This document shows, one piece after another, positions 17,780 to 26,171 of a stretch of 64,000 nucleotides of DNA. This DNA is from a virus. Location: IMG/VR virus record IMGVR_UViG_3300043418_000120, positions 32,001 through 96,000 of that record; one strand, given 5' to 3'. The notes below the pieces were generated by a model. The model had not been told where the DNA came from. It saw only the letters and a program-made list of their open reading frames with translations, and did not search any database. Each line of letters opens with the position of its first letter. The first letter of the stretch is position 1. The translations under genes and the position numbers were made by a program.

Positions 17780-17851
17780 CCCTACAGCTCGTAGGGGCTT
17801 TACTTTAATTCGGATTGGTAGTATAATCAATCTATTGTGAGAAAAGAAAGG
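17777..17851 (+). repeat. palindrome-promoter cassette repeat
   Basis: TAACCCTAC-AGCTC-GTAGGGGC TTTACT-17-TATAAT. Confidence 0.95.
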
Positions 17852-17858
17852 TTTTGAT

Positions 17859-18008
17859 ATGATTCGCGTTGTTACTGGTTTCCTGATTGTGTTTGGTGCT
17901 GTGGGTGGTCTTGATAATGCTACTGACTCTAACCTGTTGCCCTTGGTAGCTATCGCGGTTGCTGGCTTGGCCATCATGGCAGCTGGTCTGAGCAAGGTGA
18001 CCAAATGA
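17859..18008 (+). CDS. small two-TM membrane protein
   Basis: MIRVVTGFLIVFGAVGGLD...LVAIAVAGLAIMAAG. Confidence 0.65.
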   Translation: MIRVVTGFLIVFGAVGGLDNATDSNLLPLVAIAVAGLAIMAAGLSKVTK

Positions 18009-18148
18009 GCTACATCCTGATCACTCCAACGGGCAAGACCTATACCTTCTACCTGAAGGCTGTCGCACAAACGTATCTGCAAGCCTATGGTGGTACACTG
18101 ATTACCCCTACCACTGGTAAGGTCATTTCCGAAACTGCTTGCGCATAA
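18005..18148 (+). CDS. small hypothetical protein
   Basis: MSYILITPTGKTYTFYLKAVAQTYLQAYGG...; reads through a degenerate repeat. Confidence 0.55.
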   Translation: MSYILITPTGKTYTFYLKAVAQTYLQAYGGTLITPTTGKVISETACA

Positions 18149-18168
18149 TTCGGATCTAGAGTATAATC
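18102..18168 (+). repeat. degenerate palindrome-promoter repeat
   Basis: CCCCTAC-CACTG-GTAAGG; TTGCGC-17-TATAAT. Confidence 0.75.
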
Positions 18169-18174
18169 AATCCT

Positions 18175-18378
18175 ATGATGAACGAAATTAGAATTGAACG
18201 TGCCTTCGGGATGGATAAGCTGGGTCGCGATGTACCTGTGGGCTTTGACATCTATGTGGATGGCAACTGGGGCAACCGTTTCCGCACCCTGCGTGAGTGC
18301 AAGGTAGCGCTCGCTGCTGATGGCATCCAGTATAACCCTACCATGCGTAAGGTTATTTCCGAAAGTGCTTTACGTTAA
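18175..18378 (+). CDS. hypothetical protein (possibly leaderless)
   Basis: The ATG lies about 7 nt after TATAAT; the C-terminus reads through the next repeat. Confidence 0.6.
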   Translation: MMNEIRIERAFGMDKLGRDVPVGFDIYVDGNWGNRFRTLRECKVALAADGIQYNPTMRKVISESALR

Positions 18379-18397
18379 TTCGGTTTCGACGTATAAT
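18333..18397 (+). repeat. palindrome-promoter repeat
   Basis: TAACCCTAC-CATGC-GTAAGGTTA; TTTACG-17-TATAAT. Confidence 0.8.
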
Positions 18398-18427
18398 TAC
18401 TCTATTGATTTGAAAGAAAGACTGAAA

Positions 18428-19351
18428 ATGACTAATACCGTGAAGACCTCTGTTTCGTTTGATAAAGTTTCTGGCAAGTACACTGTTCAGATTGGTGATC
18501 AAAAGCCTTTCAAGACTGCCAAGAAGAGCCATATTGAATGGAAATTCAAGCAGGTCACAGGTATGGACATGGACTATGACTCTATCGTGGCTGGTGAGGT
18601 TGAGGCTAAGCAAGCCAAGGACAATAAGTTCGGTATCAACGCTCGCTTCGCCTTTGTTGAGCAGCTGGTCTCAATGGTTGCTGACGGTGTTCAGCCTAGT
18701 GCCGTGATCACTGGTGAGGGTGGTCTGGGTAAGACTCACACTGTTACTAAGACGCTGGCTGCTAAGGGCTACACCGATATCTCCGATTTGAGTGAGTTCG
18801 CAGTTGGCTCAACTCTGGCTCGTAAGTCATTCAAGACAATCAAGGGCTTCTCAACCGCAAAGGGCTTGTACCGCACTCTGTTTGAGAACAATAAGTCAGT
18901 TATCGTGTTTGACGACTGCGACGCTGTGCTCAAGGATCCAGTTGCTCTCAATGTGTTGAAGTCAGCCCTGGACAGCTACGGCAAGCGCATTATCAGCTGG
19001 AACGCTGAGTCGGGTGATGACCTGCCTCGTAGCTTCAACTTTGAGGGTCGTGTGATTTTCATCTCCAACATGGACCAATCTAAAATCGACCAAGCAATTC
19101 GTAGCCGCTCGATGATGATTGACCTGAGCATGACTACCGAGCAGAAGATTGACCGTATGGAAACAATTGCTGCTAGCCCTGACTTCATGCCTGAGTATTC
19201 AGCTGAGATCAAGCAAGATGCATTGAACCTGATCCGTGAACTCAAGGACGACGCCAAGGAAATCAGCCTGCGTACGCTTATCGCAATCAGCAAGGTGCGC
19301 GCAGCTAACAAAGAATGGAAAGCTCTGGCAGAATACATGCTGGTAGCCTAA
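18428..19351 (+). CDS. AAA+ ATPase (phage family)
   Basis: Walker A GEGGLGKT, Walker B VIVFDDCD, FISN sensor, AIRSR arginine finger. Confidence 0.85.
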   Translation: MTNTVKTSVSFDKVSGKYTVQIGDQKPFKTAKKSHIEWKFKQVTGMDMDYDSIVAGEVEAKQAKDNKFGINARFAFVEQLVSMVADGVQPSAVITGEGGLGKTHTVTKTLAAKGYTDISDLSEFAVGSTLARKSFKTIKGFSTAKGLYRTLFENNKSVIVFDDCDAVLKDPVALNVLKSALDSYGKRIISWNAESGDDLPRSFNFEGRVIFISNMDQSKIDQAIRSRSMMIDLSMTTEQKIDRMETIAASPDFMPEYSAEIKQDALNLIRELKDDAKEISLRTLIAISKVRAANKEWKALAEYMLVA

Positions 19352-19389
19352 TCAGTACTACGTTTAACCGAAGACAGAAAGAGAATATT

Positions 19390-19590
19390 ATGAAGAATTT
19401 TGACATGACTACAGTAAGCACTAAGCTCGCTCTTGACATTATGACTGGAGTAAAGGTTGATATGGAGAAGGTACAAGAGCAGTACGCATTAGGCAACTAC
19501 ACTACAATCAAGTTGATCGATCGAGTGATTAGCAAGGTAGAGAGTCTAACAGAGGCAGAGGTTGCTCCTGAGGGCACTACCATTCAGTGA
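19390..19590 (+). CDS. hypothetical protein
   Basis: MKNFDMTT...; start refined from the ORF track. Confidence 0.55.
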   Translation: MKNFDMTTVSTKLALDIMTGVKVDMEKVQEQYALGNYTTIKLIDRVISKVESLTEAEVAPEGTTIQ

Positions 19591-19754
19591 CACGCCGACC
19601 TGAGGCAGCTGCGCTGCTTTGTAGCGGAGTCTAATAAATAGCGTTCGCTCTCGCTACAGGCGTGGTTGGGTGTGTTCGTCTTAACCTGTTCGGTATCTTG
19701 CACGCACAAATACCCCTTCGTAAATGACCCATCCTGCAGCATAAATGTCAAGTA

Positions 19755-19809
19755 AAACCTACGTTCGGAAGGGTTTTTCATTGACTTTTTCGTCAAAAAA
19801 GACTATAAT
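19755..19809 (+). promoter_or_regulatory. degenerate palindrome plus sigma70-like promoter
   Basis: AAAACCTAC-GTTCG-GAAGGGTTTT, then TTGACT-17-TATAAT; a divergent TTGACATTTAT lies on the minus strand. Confidence 0.7.
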
Positions 19810-19911
19810 CACAGAGTGATTATGTGGTAGCCCCTTACCCCTTTGGACAGCATAAGAGTGGTTACATATGGAGGTATTGGTGGAAGCCTTGGTGGATGTT
19901 CGGAGATAGTC

Positions 19912-19940
19912 TTGACATATATTCCCATATGCTGTATAAT
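19912..19940 (+). promoter_or_regulatory. sigma70-like promoter
   Basis: TTGACA-17-TATAAT. Confidence 0.8.
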
Positions 19941-20041
19941 AACAGTGTTGGGTTTCTGAATGATGTAATGGTAACAGTAGTCAGTAGATGACTTACTCCA
20001 TGAGAATCAGATGAACAGTTGACTGACTCCATGGAGAAACG

Positions 20042-20215
20042 ATGAAAGGTTTGGCAATGGAACTGAGCATGCTAGAGGTTATGATGTATGTAGGCAACTA
20101 CATGGATATGAATGACATGACAAGCATAAGACACATTACTGCTAGGGATCTAGAACGAATGGCAGAAGACTTGGAAATTTCCGTGGGAGCACTAGTGGAT
20201 ATACTTGACGCTTGA
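20042..20215 (+). CDS. small hypothetical protein
   Basis: GGAG SD; MKGLAMELSMLEVMM...LERMAEDLEISVGALVDILDA. Confidence 0.45.
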   Translation: MKGLAMELSMLEVMMYVGNYMDMNDMTSIRHITARDLERMAEDLEISVGALVDILDA

Positions 20216-20240
20216 CATTTATGGGAGAATCAGGTATAAT
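20212..20240 (+). promoter_or_regulatory. sigma70-like promoter
   Basis: TTGACA-17-TATAAT. Confidence 0.8.
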
Positions 20241-20451
20241 TGCTTGACATATAAGGGGGTAGGGTCACTGGAGACGAAGTTAATTTCGGGTCCCCTTGGA
20301 GTTGGTCGGGTCCCCTTCGGCTTGACCCGCCCCAATTATTTCTTTAATCCCTAAAAAGATTCCCCTGATCCAAAGCTGAAGATTTCCGATGAAAGTCGCT
20401 GAAAAAATCGCTGCAAAAATTTTTGAGCTGCAAAGCTGTTTGGAAGATATT

Positions 20452-20649
20452 ATGGAAAAGTACTTGGTAAAGGCTCAACACTATGACATGGCGGTTGGCT
20501 TGGAGGTTTGGTTGGTTCGAGAGGCAACACCCCAGACAGAGTTTTATGGCAAGAAGTATTGGTTGGTTACAACTAATCCGGACAAGGTGGTGGCAGACGA
20601 TGGCTACCTTCGAATTATCCCCGACAGCAAACTGGAGCCAGCTCCATGA
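20452..20649 (+). CDS. hypothetical protein
   Basis: 3' part of ORF 20389..20649; the start is uncertain. Confidence 0.55.
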   Translation: MEKYLVKAQHYDMAVGLEVWLVREATPQTEFYGKKYWLVTTNPDKVVADDGYLRIIPDSKLEPAP

Positions 20650-20825
20650 GTGACCACAATTTCAACCGAAAGCTGAACACCGTGGGCATGTTCATTTACT
20701 GTGGCAAATGTGGTTTGGTTCGCCTAGGAAATAAGGCAACACAAAAAGCGATTACCAAGCCTTGTGGTGGTTTACGAGATTTGGATGACGAAGCCTACTT
20801 GAAGGTAAAGGGAACGAAGCGATGA
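20646..20825 (+). CDS. small Zn-binding hypothetical protein
   Basis: MSDHNF...YCGKCGLVRLGNKATQKAITKPC. Confidence 0.55.
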   Translation: MSDHNFNRKLNTVGMFIYCGKCGLVRLGNKATQKAITKPCGGLRDLDDEAYLKVKGTKR

Positions 20826-21276
20826 TAGATGTAATTGTTTGGCTGCTCATTGGGGCAATTGGTATGTTGATTGGCTCAATCGTGGGAGTCTATTTTGATA
20901 ACGGTTCGGTTAGCCCCGATTGCTGGATTGGACTGGCCATTGTTTGGGGCTTGCCCCTTTGTGGTTGTGCTTGCGAACTTGGGGATTAACATGGCAGATA
21001 TTACGGTAGGTACGATAATTTTGGCGATTGCTATTGGCTCTATGTATGGAGCAGCCGTTGGTTGGATGTTCTTTGGCGGTATGCTGATACTCTTTGGCTT
21101 GGTTCAGGTTATTGTGGGTAAGAAATGATTGGAACAATCTAATGATTTGGTTGTTATTGGTTATCTTCATACTCCCTCTCTGCTGTATAGCTGCTTGGTT
21201 TGTGGCTGTGAGTAAGGCGAGTGATGATCGATATGAGCGTGAGCTGGATAGAATTTATGGTAGGAGACGGAAATGA
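20822..21276 (+). CDS. cluster of three small hydrophobic ORFs (20822-20989, 20991-21128, 21142-21276)
   Basis: Consecutive short TM-like ORFs. Confidence 0.5.
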
Positions 21277-21647
21277 TGGATAATTTTGAAAAATGGTTCT
21301 TTGAGGGTGAGGAATTCTCCCTTCGTGCTGAGCGTTTCTATGAATCCTTGGAGGCTATGGAGTCTCCAGCGGCAAAGGAAGCTAACTTGGTTCTTTGGCT
21401 GAAGGCTGCGTTTGAAGCTGGCTATGCTGCTGGGTATGTGTCTGGAGTTGATGCTACGGAAAAATCCGTTGCCCTTCGGGAAAATGCCTTGGCTGGAGAG
21501 GAGAACCACGCAGGGGATGGAGGATACTCTATTGGTAACCGAGAAGACCATGATGCGTTTGTTATGCTGCGACTTGGTCTGGCATCAAAGCAGGAGTTGG
21601 CTGAGTACTATCGTAAACTTGATGCTGGCGAGTGGCCACTGTCATGA
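21273..21647 (+). CDS. hypothetical protein
   Basis: ORF track; coupled operon. Confidence 0.65.
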   Translation: MMDNFEKWFFEGEEFSLRAERFYESLEAMESPAAKEANLVLWLKAAFEAGYAAGYVSGVDATEKSVALRENALAGEENHAGDGGYSIGNREDHDAFVMLRLGLASKQELAEYYRKLDAGEWPLS

Positions 21648-21943
21648 GAACAATTTACAAATATCCATTGACCGTTGACCACCTACAGGTTATCGAGGCT
21701 CCACTGCCAGCTCGAGTGTTATCTGTTAAGAACCAGAACGGTACACTGTGCGCTTGGGTTCAGGTGGACACTACTTGTACTGGACCAGGATGGTGGCCAC
21801 GTGAGCGCGAGTTTATGATTCTGGCAACTGGTCAAGAGATGCCTAACGAATGGGTCATGGAAGACTACCACTTTATTGACACCGTGTTGGTGGGCGACTT
21901 GGTTTGGCATGTGTACTGTAAGAATTATAAGGAAGAGTTGTGA
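21644..21943 (+). CDS. conserved phage hypothetical protein
   Basis: MRTIYKYPL...LCAWVQVD...ATG...YIDTV-like...LVWHVY pattern. Confidence 0.7.
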   Translation: MRTIYKYPLTVDHLQVIEAPLPARVLSVKNQNGTLCAWVQVDTTCTGPGWWPREREFMILATGQEMPNEWVMEDYHFIDTVLVGDLVWHVYCKNYKEEL

Positions 21944-22227
21944 ATACTGAACTGATCAATGGAATCTCCAAGAAGGCAATTGAGCAAGTGAATGCTGAGT
22001 GTCCTGGACTTGGACCGACTGACTGGATCGAAGTGTACAATCGAATGTTCGCAGAGCTGGTTGTTCAGGAATGTGCTGCTCAGTGTGAAGTTGTAGCCGA
22101 TGGAGCTGATGCTGTTGCTAAGGGATCCTTCGTGACTGATGCTGGTCGTATGCTTCATGAGGGTATGTGGGGTGGTGCTAAGAATTGTGCTGCCAGAATT
22201 AAGAATCGTTTTGGGGATACTGAATGA
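21940..22227 (+). CDS. hypothetical protein (FAELIV.EC family)
   Basis: MFAELVVQEC...IKNRFGDTE. Confidence 0.65.
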   Translation: MNTELINGISKKAIEQVNAECPGLGPTDWIEVYNRMFAELVVQECAAQCEVVADGADAVAKGSFVTDAGRMLHEGMWGGAKNCAARIKNRFGDTE

Positions 22228-22430
22228 TACTTGCTACAATCGGATATGTGTTTGTGTTGCTCGTTGCGCTTTATTTTACAGCTGTGACACTTGCCTTTGG
22301 CTTTGGTACTCTGTTGATGAGTAATGAGATCGATCCAGTTGCTTGGGTATTCGCATCTATCACAGCTGCTCTTTGGTTTACCGTTTGGCAGCTTGCTCCG
22401 TTCACTGTATCGTTTACGGTTACTACATGA
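22224..22430 (+). CDS. small membrane protein
   Basis: Two TM segments. Confidence 0.6.
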   Translation: MILATIGYVFVLLVALYFTAVTLAFGFGTLLMSNEIDPVAWVFASITAALWFTVWQLAPFTVSFTVTT

Positions 22431-22732
22431 TGGATGATCCATTCAAGATTGATCGAGACGCCCAGCTTGCTCCAGGCGTTACGTATGGCGATGCTCTAGA
22501 TGCAGCTGCTCTTGAGCTGGCCAAGGAAATTGATAAAGAAGTGATTCATATGATGACGAAAGTAAAAGAGCCCTGCCTAGAATGTGGTGAAGAGTCCGAC
22601 TGGATTCGACATACTCAGTTCGCTGGCGACCATCCGTACTGCGATAAGCATGCTCGACTAGAGAAAGACTTCGGCGAGGATGACTCCTACGCATTTTGGT
22701 CAAAGATTGTACACCCACCAAAGGAAATGTGA
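22427..22732 (+). CDS. Zn-finger hypothetical protein
   Basis: CLECG...HTQFAGDHPYCDKHA. Confidence 0.6.
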   Translation: MMDDPFKIDRDAQLAPGVTYGDALDAAALELAKEIDKEVIHMMTKVKEPCLECGEESDWIRHTQFAGDHPYCDKHARLEKDFGEDDSYAFWSKIVHPPKEM

Positions 22733-22947
22733 TGAATTGGAAAATTGTTATTGGATTGTTTGTAGGCTTGCTTACTATGTCTTTCGTAAGCCTGTGGGCG
22801 TACTTGGTTGGCGCCTTCTGTGCTGCTAATTTTGATATGTCTCAGTGGGATCCGTTTGGTCGTTTCATGCTGGGTGTTCTAGGTGGTGGCGCAGCTGCTG
22901 TCAGTGGATGTGTTATGTTCGTAGCTGTTGTTGAGAGCCGACCATGA
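22732..22947 (+). CDS. small membrane protein
   Basis: Two TM segments. Confidence 0.6.
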   Translation: MNWKIVIGLFVGLLTMSFVSLWAYLVGAFCAANFDMSQWDPFGRFMLGVLGGGAAAVSGCVMFVAVVESRP

Positions 22948-23339
22948 CTGCCTTCAGAAAATTTATTACCGATGCTATCGAAAAACATTCAGTTGCTCCG
23001 ACACGTGAGGAAACGGCAACGCTTGTTCTTCGCGAAGTGCTACAATATGTTTACGATGTCTTTGGTGCAAGTAAAGATTCGGAGAACAACACAGCTTACG
23101 GACATGGGTATCATGATGGTATCGATGCTGCGCAGACTCTCATTGGAAACATCCTTGAAGTTATCCCGCGCAGGTTTCTTCGTGGCGACCGTGTTCGCGC
23201 AACGATGAATGCTGGTTTCCACAAAGGTGCTTGTGGTGTTGTTGAGTTCGTTGAGCCATCATATAATCGTGTATGGGTTCTTCGCGATAATGCATCAACT
23301 CCAGTGTACTACCATCCTGACGAGTTGGAGTTCGAATAA
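22944..23339 (+). CDS. hypothetical protein with C-terminal SH3/KOW-like domain
   Basis: RGDRVR...G.CGVV...ELE. Confidence 0.65.
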   Translation: MTAFRKFITDAIEKHSVAPTREETATLVLREVLQYVYDVFGASKDSENNTAYGHGYHDGIDAAQTLIGNILEVIPRRFLRGDRVRATMNAGFHKGACGVVEFVEPSYNRVWVLRDNASTPVYYHPDELEFE

Positions 23340-23518
23340 TGGCTAGACCTTACATTCCAGAACCTTCTCTTGAGACTCAGGCTCGCTCGATTCTGAAGCG
23401 GATCGCCGAGTTCTTGGGATGTAAGGTTACAATCGAATTTCGGTATCGCGATGGAACCCACCACTGCGCGACCTTTGACTACAGGGAAGACCTTACTGGT
23501 GGTAAGGTTATTCCTTGA
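23339..23518 (+). CDS. small hypothetical protein
   Basis: MARPYIPEPSLETQARS...; TAATG coupling; ends within a repeat. Confidence 0.5.
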   Translation: MARPYIPEPSLETQARSILKRIAEFLGCKVTIEFRYRDGTHHCATFDYREDLTGGKVIP

Positions 23519-23543
23519 CATTTATTGTTATTAGAGGTATAAT
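23490..23543 (+). repeat. palindrome-promoter repeat (variant)
   Basis: ACCTTAC-TGGTG-GTAAGGT; TTGACA-17-TATAAT. Confidence 0.8.
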
Positions 23544-23566
23544 TAAGTTTTTAAGATGGAGTTGAT

Positions 23567-23995
23567 ATGAAAGAGTTTACATTTGGGACGAAGTCCTGGC
23601 ACCTGTATCTGGCAAATTTTGGTCAGGATAGTTTCTCCCGAATCACGAAGGGCGACGAGACTGACCTGTGTTCCTATACGCGCCGAGTGCTTGCTGGTTT
23701 GTTCTGGTTCAGCGTCGCTGCGATTTTGATCACAACAGCAGCTACCGTTACCCTGTTGGGTTTCTATGACATCGCGATGTGGTTGTTTACTGATATTCCA
23801 CGCATGGATGTGTTTGGTGTTATCGTCTCAATAATTTTAGTCTCAGTCACAATTCTCTTGACAATCTATGGTATCAAATATTTTATCGATACCCGAGATA
23901 TCAAAATCATTCCAAGCATTCCTGAGGATTCATTCGTTGGTCTGACATATAAGCGTGTTAAGAACAAGACTTGTTTCAAAATTAAATTCCAGTAA
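23567..23995 (+). CDS. membrane protein
   Basis: Two TM segments; SWH...DLCSY...KNKTCFKIKF. Confidence 0.75.
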   Translation: MKEFTFGTKSWHLYLANFGQDSFSRITKGDETDLCSYTRRVLAGLFWFSVAAILITTAATVTLLGFYDIAMWLFTDIPRMDVFGVIVSIILVSVTILLTIYGIKYFIDTRDIKIIPSIPEDSFVGLTYKRVKNKTCFKIKFQ

Positions 23996-24004
23996 GAGGT
24001 TGGT

Positions 24005-24433
24005 ATGGATACAGATAAAGATTTCGATGACGGTAACTGGATGCTCAACTATCCAAAGATCGCCGAGTCCAATAATTTTGCTCCCGTAGTTCGGATGCTT
24101 GCCATCGATCTTCAGAAGTGTCCATACCTTTCCGTGGGCGACTTTCTCAAGAACATGAGCGACATCGGTCTTAATGAGTTGATGGAGCTGTCTGGCGATA
24201 AGGCTGAGATGGATGAGGCTACGCTAGAGCAGATGATGATTCTGACATTGATGTTGTCTCGAGCCGAAGGTTCAGAAGACTTTAATATGGACGAGACTGG
24301 TCGACAGGTTGGCGTACTTCGTATGCTGATTACCTGCGAGTCGTTGGCTCGTAAAGGTTTGATTCGTGTGTTCCATGAGAACATGACATTGGGTACAGAT
24401 ATGGGCGACAAGCCTGTGGCGGAGAAATTATGA
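24005..24433 (+). CDS. hypothetical protein
   Basis: GAGG SD; ESLARKGLI motif. Confidence 0.7.
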   Translation: MDTDKDFDDGNWMLNYPKIAESNNFAPVVRMLAIDLQKCPYLSVGDFLKNMSDIGLNELMELSGDKAEMDEATLEQMMILTLMLSRAEGSEDFNMDETGRQVGVLRMLITCESLARKGLIRVFHENMTLGTDMGDKPVAEKL

Positions 24434-24610
24434 CAGCACCAGCATGGAAGAAGCGTAAGATTGAGACTGAGCGAGTTCGTCGAATGACCAAGGAAGAGTT
24501 CATGATTGAGTGGGTATTCCTTCGCGCAAGTTTCCGTGAAGACTTCTCAGGTACAGCTGCTGCTCGTGCTGCTGAGGAAGTCTGGAACGAAATCCAAAAG
24601 AGAAAATAAT

Positions 24611-24955
24611 ATGTTCGAGTTTCGATGGTATAATAATGGTGCTCTTCGTCAACTACAGTACCGAGTGTATCAGAATGTAACTGTTTATGCTGGCATTCCT
24701 AGTCATCAGTTCAAAACAGACACTGCTAAGATGGAGTGGTCAGGCTGGAAGGTTGTTCCTGAACATTATGAGCCATCTGTAACTATCGACGCTGCTCTTG
24801 TCGCTAAACTTCGTGATGAGACTGACTGTCCGATGATGCATTGTAAGAAGGCTCTAGTAATTTGTAACGGCGACTTTGCTGCTGCTAAAGAGTATCTTCG
24901 TAGTGGACGCCTTACAAGTTTCCAACTGACAACAATGAGAGAAAGAATTTCGTGA
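24611..24955 (+). CDS. protein with C-terminal EF-Ts N-terminal (UBA-like) domain
   Basis: [39 protein letters not shown] matches the EF-Ts N-terminal pattern. Confidence 0.75.
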   Translation: MFEFRWYNNGALRQLQYRVYQNVTVYAGIPSHQFKTDTAKMEWSGWKVVPEHYEPSVTIDAALVAKLRDETDCPMMHCKKALVICNGDFAAAKEYLRSGRLTSFQLTTMRERIS

Positions 24956-25072
24956 AGTGGTATGACTATTTAAAATCGAACAAGCAACACACAGCTGGTG
25001 AAGATTTGGCAGATTCAGTTGCCCTCTTCATCATTTTGGGTCTTGTGATGTTCATGGTCTTTGGAACATAAT

Positions 25073-25285
25073 ATGAAACAAGTAAAATACTGTACAGATT
25101 GTAAGTGGTCGAAACCCGAAATCAATTCAGAGTGGAACCTTCGTTGCGCTCACCCTGAGGTTAATGCTCGAGACCCTTGGGCTTTGTCTGCTAAAGTGAT
25201 TGGCGGGACATCTTGTCGCGAGGAACGCGAAGTTCGCTGGTTTGCCACTTGTGGTATGAAAGGTAAGTTATGGATGGCCAAGTAA
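25073..25285 (+). CDS. Cys-rich hypothetical protein
   Basis: CTDCKW...C...C...CG. Confidence 0.65.
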   Translation: MKQVKYCTDCKWSKPEINSEWNLRCAHPEVNARDPWALSAKVIGGTSCREEREVRWFATCGMKGKLWMAK

Positions 25286-25641
25286 CACTGTTGCTGATAT
25301 TCCTGTTGTTTACAAAACACTTCATTGTAGACTTTCCTCTTCAGACAGAATATCAATGGCGTAACAAGGGAACCTACCTGCATCCAGGTGGTTTGCTACA
25401 TGCTAGTTGTCATGCTGGTGCGACACTGATGTGTTTCGCTTGGTATGCTCCGCTTGCTGCTTACTTCTTAGCTGCGATTGACTTCTTTGTTCACTATCAC
25501 ATTGACTGGGCGAAGATGAACATTAATGCTAAGTATGGTTGGAAGGCTGACTCTCACCCTGAGTTCTGGTATTTACTTGGACTCGATCAGTTCTTACATG
25601 CGGTAACATACATTGGGTTGGTCTATCTAGTAACACCATAA
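25270..25641 (+). CDS. DUF3307-like membrane protein
   Basis: HFIVDFPLQ, HYHIDWAK, DQFLH. Confidence 0.8.
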   Translation: MDGQVTLLLIFLLFTKHFIVDFPLQTEYQWRNKGTYLHPGGLLHASCHAGATLMCFAWYAPLAAYFLAAIDFFVHYHIDWAKMNINAKYGWKADSHPEFWYLLGLDQFLHAVTYIGLVYLVTP

Positions 25642-25794
25642 GGAGTGTGACATGAAGTACAGTAAAGATATGATTATGCAGGTTCGTGAATTGATGGAAC
25701 GTCACTGCGATGTCGTTGCTATTGCTCACCGCCTTAACTTTGATGTTTCTGATGTTCAGACAATCATCGAAATCATAAAACAAGTTGTTACTTG

Positions 25795-26091
25795 ATGGGA
25801 CTACGATATAGAAACCGAGTTGGCACTAAGGATGCTTGGATAAACATTTCCAAGTCTGGTGTGTCGACTTCGTTTAAGTTTGGTGATGACATTACTGTCA
25901 ACAGCAAGCAAGGAACTACTGTCAATCTTGGTGGTGGTTTCTACTGGAAGTCAAGCAAACCAAAAAGTAAACGATTAGACTTACCTTCTGGTGAGATGTC
26001 TGACATGACATTTACCATCATCAGCGGCATCTTCGCATGCCTTGGATGGGCGTTGTTCTTTTTGTTCGTATATTTTTGTTTTTTCGCTTGA
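25795..26091 (+). CDS. DUF4236-like membrane-anchored protein
   Basis: MGLRYRNR...INISKSGVSTS...GGFYW plus a C-terminal TM helix. Confidence 0.7.
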   Translation: MGLRYRNRVGTKDAWINISKSGVSTSFKFGDDITVNSKQGTTVNLGGGFYWKSSKPKSKRLDLPSGEMSDMTFTIISGIFACLGWALFFLFVYFCFFA

Positions 26092-26154
26092 CATTAAACT
26101 CAAGTTCAGGTATAATTGAACTAAATAAAAGAAAGAGACTGGCAGTCAGTCTCT
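26088..26154 (+). promoter_or_regulatory. sigma70-like promoter, CTAAATA and leader hairpin
   Basis: TTGACA-17-TATAAT (26088-26116); AGAGACTG-GCAGT-CAGTCTCT hairpin. Confidence 0.75.
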
Positions 26155-26171
26155 AAATTCTAGGAGCTAGA

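Noticed and set aside
9764-18397. CRISPR array
   Set aside because: The intervals are 200-2300 bp of intact ORFs, the repeats contain promoters and SDs, and no cas genes are present.
9764-18397. Classical integron with attC sites
   Set aside because: There are no GTTRRRY/RYYYAAC cores and no tyrosine recombinase in the window, and the cassettes carry their own promoters.
19591-19675. Hammerhead ribozyme or tRNA
   Set aside because: CTGAGGC lacks the CUGANGA/GAAA core, and no cloverleaf or TTC loop was seen on either strand.
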